The notes beneath the pieces were generated by a model. That model was not told the DNA's origin. It saw only the letters and a list, made by a program, of their open reading frames with translations, and made no database searches. Source: a virus (Duplodnaviria; Caudoviricetes). Taken from it: DNA of 37,555 nt. Numbering within the stretch: the stretch's first letter is position 1; the number at the start of each line of letters is the position of its first letter. Below are positions 35,021 through 37,555 of the stretch, piece after piece. The translations under genes were made by a program, and so were the position numbers. The stretch lies in the IMG/VR virus record IMGVR_UViG_3300020042_007729, positions 1-37,555 of that record; one strand, written 5' to 3'.

Positions 35021-36696
35021 ACAACAAGCAACGCCGGACATACTGGACCAAGACCGAGCGGATGCGGATCAAGCTGGAAAAGAAATATACGGCCCGGATC
35101 CAGCAAGCGCTGGACGACCAGGCGAGCTCTTTGATAACAGCGATAGAGGCCCAAGGCACGGGAGCGGTGAACCAAGTCCCGGTGCAGGACTGGGACCAAC
35201 AGCTGAACGAGATCTACGCGGCCATGTTCCGGGAAACCTTCTGGACGTTCGCAGAGGCTACCTACCAGAGCCTCAAGAACACGAAGGCGACACCAGGCAT
35301 GGGCCGCGCGGAGGACTGGACCATGTTCGTGCAGGACTGGCTACGGCAGAACGGCCTGAAGCTGGTGGTGACGATCACCGGGAACAGCAAACAGCTCTAC
35401 CTGGACATCGCCAACCAAGCTATACGGGACGGCATCGACCAGGGCCTGGGCGCTCGGGAGATCCAGACGCTGATCACAAAGCGCCTGAAGGACCAGAACT
35501 ACACCTACAGCGGCTACCGAGCGCTGAGGATAGCCAGGACCGAGACGATCAGAGCTGCCAACCTGGGCCACATGAAGGGCGCAGACGCGCTGCCTTTCCT
35601 GACGACCAAGACTTGGATAGCAGCCAAGGACACCAGGACCAGGCGCTCACCGGAGGACAACTGGGATCATTGGATCCTGGACGGCCAGACGATCGACACA
35701 GAGCAGCCATTCACAGCGGTGAGCACCGAGGGCCAGGAGATCCAGGTGATGCAGCCAGGAGACATCGACGCGCCGCCCGGGTTTACGATCAACTGCCGCT
35801 GCCGCGTGGCCTTTACCGGCAAGCGAGACAGCAACGGCCGGCTGATCATGAAACAACCAGGTGGCCAAGCGCCTCCTCCGATCAGCGCCACGCCGCCCGT
35901 GCAGCTGGTACCGACCGCGGAGCCGCCCAAGCCCAAGCCAGCACCAAAGCCGAAGCCCGCTGCGGACGTTTTCAAGCCAGGCAAGACAGCAGAGGAGACG
36001 GCAGACAACCTGACGACCTGGGTGGGCAAGTACAGCGGTTACAAAGCGGTGACCGTGAACAAACCGGCCGGCATGAGCCTGGAGGAGTTCAACCGCAAAG
36101 CCAAGGTGGTCGCGGAGCTTTACCAGCAATACCAGATGGACCAGGCGACGGCAAAGCGAAGCTCGGTGCAGATGATGTTCAGCGGCGGACCGACCTACTA
36201 CGGGCAAGTGGAGCACCTGGCTGGTTTCAACGCGATGTCGCAGACCCGCGTGGATTTTGGGCGGACCACGGACCTGGGCGCTTACCGGACCTTTAAGCCA
36301 GGAGGCAGCATATTTACCAGGCCAAAAAGCGCGGTGGATCCAGAAAACGGCGAGTTTTCCACGATCGTGCACGAGTTCGCGCACGTCCTGTCGATCGACT
36401 ACGCGAGCAACGTGGCGGAGACCGACAAAGCGATCAAAAGCTACTGGAAAGCGCTGGCCAAGGTGCGAAGGGAATACAAGAACGAGATGGTGGAAATTCG
36501 GGCCAACACGAAGCTGAGCGGAGAGGAGCGGCGCAAAGCGGCCTACGAGATCCACCTGGGAGACTACGCCGACGTGAACATAAACGAATTTATGGCCGAA
36601 GCCTGGACAGAATACCGGCTGAAGGCCAAGCCAAGCAAATACGCCCTGAAAGTAGGGGCCCTGATAGACAAGACCTTTAAACGAAAAAAGACCTGA
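35017..36696 (+). CDS. MuF (SPP1 gp7-like) minor head protein with C-terminal zincin metallopeptidase domain
   Basis: MuF motifs RALRIARTE, KTWIA.KD.RTR, H..LDGQ and INCRC. A Pro-rich linker precedes HEFAH (36370-36384) and EFMAE (36586-36600). Confidence 0.88.
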   Translation: MNNKQRRTYWTKTERMRIKLEKKYTARIQQALDDQASSLITAIEAQGTGAVNQVPVQDWDQQLNEIYAAMFRETFWTFAEATYQSLKNTKATPGMGRAEDWTMFVQDWLRQNGLKLVVTITGNSKQLYLDIANQAIRDGIDQGLGAREIQTLITKRLKDQNYTYSGYRALRIARTETIRAANLGHMKGADALPFLTTKTWIAAKDTRTRRSPEDNWDHWILDGQTIDTEQPFTAVSTEGQEIQVMQPGDIDAPPGFTINCRCRVAFTGKRDSNGRLIMKQPGGQAPPPISATPPVQLVPTAEPPKPKPAPKPKPAADVFKPGKTAEETADNLTTWVGKYSGYKAVTVNKPAGMSLEEFNRKAKVVAELYQQYQMDQATAKRSSVQMMFSGGPTYYGQVEHLAGFNAMSQTRVDFGRTTDLGAYRTFKPGGSIFTRPKSAVDPENGEFSTIVHEFAHVLSIDYASNVAETDKAIKSYWKALAKVRREYKNEMVEIRANTKLSGEERRKAAYEIHLGDYADVNINEFMAEAWTEYRLKAKPSKYALKVGALIDKTFKRKKT

Positions 36697-36697
36697 G

Positions 36698-36892
36698 ATG
36701 GAGACGATTAACCTGATTTGTTTCAATTGCAAGCACTTCCGCAAATACGTCGGAGGGTGCGACGCCTTCCCGGACGGCATACCCGACCGGATCCAGGTGG
36801 AGAACAAGCACGATGAGCCGCTGCCAGGGCAAGGAAACTCGGTCGTTTTCGAGTTCGGACAGCCGCAGGACCTTTTTGATGAGCAGGACTAA
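36698..36892 (+). CDS. Small Cys/His-rich protein, candidate immunity or partner protein of the MuF peptidase
   Basis: 64 aa with CFNCKH...CDAFPDGIP...H..P..G....FE. One base separates it from the MuF stop. Confidence 0.7.
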   Translation: METINLICFNCKHFRKYVGGCDAFPDGIPDRIQVENKHDEPLPGQGNSVVFEFGQPQDLFDEQD

Positions 36893-36901
36893 AACAAGAC
36901 C

Positions 36902-37237
36902 ATGATACCAGCGAGATACAACGTTTCAATTTGGCAAGGTGACAGCTGGCAGCAAGACTTCGACATTTCGGAGAACAGCGTCCCGGTGGACTTCACAGGG
37001 GCATCGGCGTCTGTTCAGATCCGGACGAAAGCGGCAGACGCAACGCCCGCTCTGGAGCTGACCACAGCGATCGCAGGCGGTCTGACCATAGCCGGCAACA
37101 CGATCACCGCGGATAAAGTGATCGGGCTGGCCGCGGGAACCTACGTCTACGAGCTGACCGTCACTTTTTCAGCCGGAGCGGTGAAAACTTACGTGGCGGG
37201 CCAATTTATCATTTTAACCGATGGGTCAAAGCTATGA
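36902..37237 (+). CDS. BppU-N-like Ig-fold structural adaptor
   Basis: QGDSW...PVDFTGASASVQIR...GTYVYEL...YVAGQF, with an ATGA overlap with the collagen gene. Confidence 0.65.
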   Translation: MIPARYNVSIWQGDSWQQDFDISENSVPVDFTGASASVQIRTKAADATPALELTTAIAGGLTIAGNTITADKVIGLAAGTYVYELTVTFSAGAVKTYVAGQFIILTDGSKL

Positions 37238-37555
37238 GTGTAACGGTCAACATAACGGAGCAGCCGGTAACGATCCAGACCGAGGTAGGGCCTCCGGTGG
37301 AGGTGAACGCAACCACACCGGCTGTTGAGGTGACCGTCTCCAACACGGCTGGGCCCCAGGGACCAGCAGGAGCCGACGGGGCGGATAGCACCGTGCCAGG
37401 GCCACAAGGACCGCAAGGGATCCAGGGGCCTGCCGGACCAGCAGGAGCCGACGGGGCGGATAGCACCGTGCCAGGGCCACAAGGACCGCAAGGGATCCAG
37501 GGGCCTGCCGGACCAGCAGGAGCCGACGGGGCGGATAGCACCGTGCCAGGGCCAC
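37234..37555 (+). CDS. Collagen-like fibre protein, N-terminal part (continues at base 1)
   Basis: ATG 37234 begins MSVTVNITEQPVTIQTEVG..., then [18 protein letters not shown] repeats. No stop before the window end. Confidence 0.88.
   Translation, partial: MSVTVNITEQPVTIQTEVGPPVEVNATTPAVEVTVSNTAGPQGPAGADGADSTVPGPQGPQGIQGPAGPAGADGADSTVPGPQGPQGIQGPAGPAGADGADSTVPGP
37360..37555 (+). repeat. 75-bp coding tandem repeat, copies at 37360, 37435 and 37510
   Basis: Exact 75-bp periodicity. The copy spanning the join is 9 bp (one GPQ) shorter. Confidence 0.95.

Larger units (their letters stand above)
1..37555 (+). mobile_element. Probable complete circularly permuted tailed-phage genome (siphovirus-like, HK97 head), host probably Bacteroidota
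   Basis: Packaging, head, tail, lysis and replication modules are all present and no host housekeeping genes are seen. The ORF starting at 37234 continues in frame through base 1 (C+AG = CAG). Confidence 0.92.

Noticed and set aside
37360-37555. 75-bp repeats at both window ends as a CRISPR array or terminal repeat
   Set aside because: The repeats are contiguous, have no spacers and encode in-frame collagen units.
1-37555. Stop-codon recoding, diversity-generating retroelement, tRNA genes, introns or inteins
   Set aside because: Core genes are full length in the standard code and TAA, TGA and TAG all act as stops. No reverse transcriptase, cloverleaf or intein termini were seen by eye; tRNAscan or Infernal would confirm.

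Overview
The window looks like a complete, circularly permuted genome (37,555 bp, high GC) of a long-tailed HK97-fold phage. The end of the window joins the start in frame inside a collagen-repeat gene. Essentially all genes lie on the + strand. Gene order: prohead protease, capsid, SAM methyltransferase and GT4 glycosyltransferase, neck and tail genes (with a -1 frameshifted chaperone and tape measure), tail tip and fibres, an SGNH lipoprotein, a lysis cassette (holin-like proteins, u-spanin, NlpC/P60-type endolysin), small early genes, an APSE-like replication module (DUF2800 nuclease, DUF2815 SSB, PolA, VirE-type primase-helicase, candidate origin, VRR-NUC, SNF2 helicase), a ParB-methyltransferase, terminases, portal, a MuF-metallopeptidase with a small Cys-rich partner, a BppU-like protein and the collagen fibre. 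A Bacteroidota host is inferred from A-rich starts mostly lacking Shine-Dalgarno sequences, TAnnTTTG-like promoter elements and the u-spanin. No integrase or CI-like repressor was recognised. The most notable items are a candidate MuF toxin/immunity pair, a methyltransferase-glycosyltransferase pair inside the capsid operon, an early gene joining a tail-fibre-like domain to an HTH, a Zn-ribbon-like insertion in the terminase, and strong GGATCC over-representation. All family calls come from motif recognition by eye, not from database searches.
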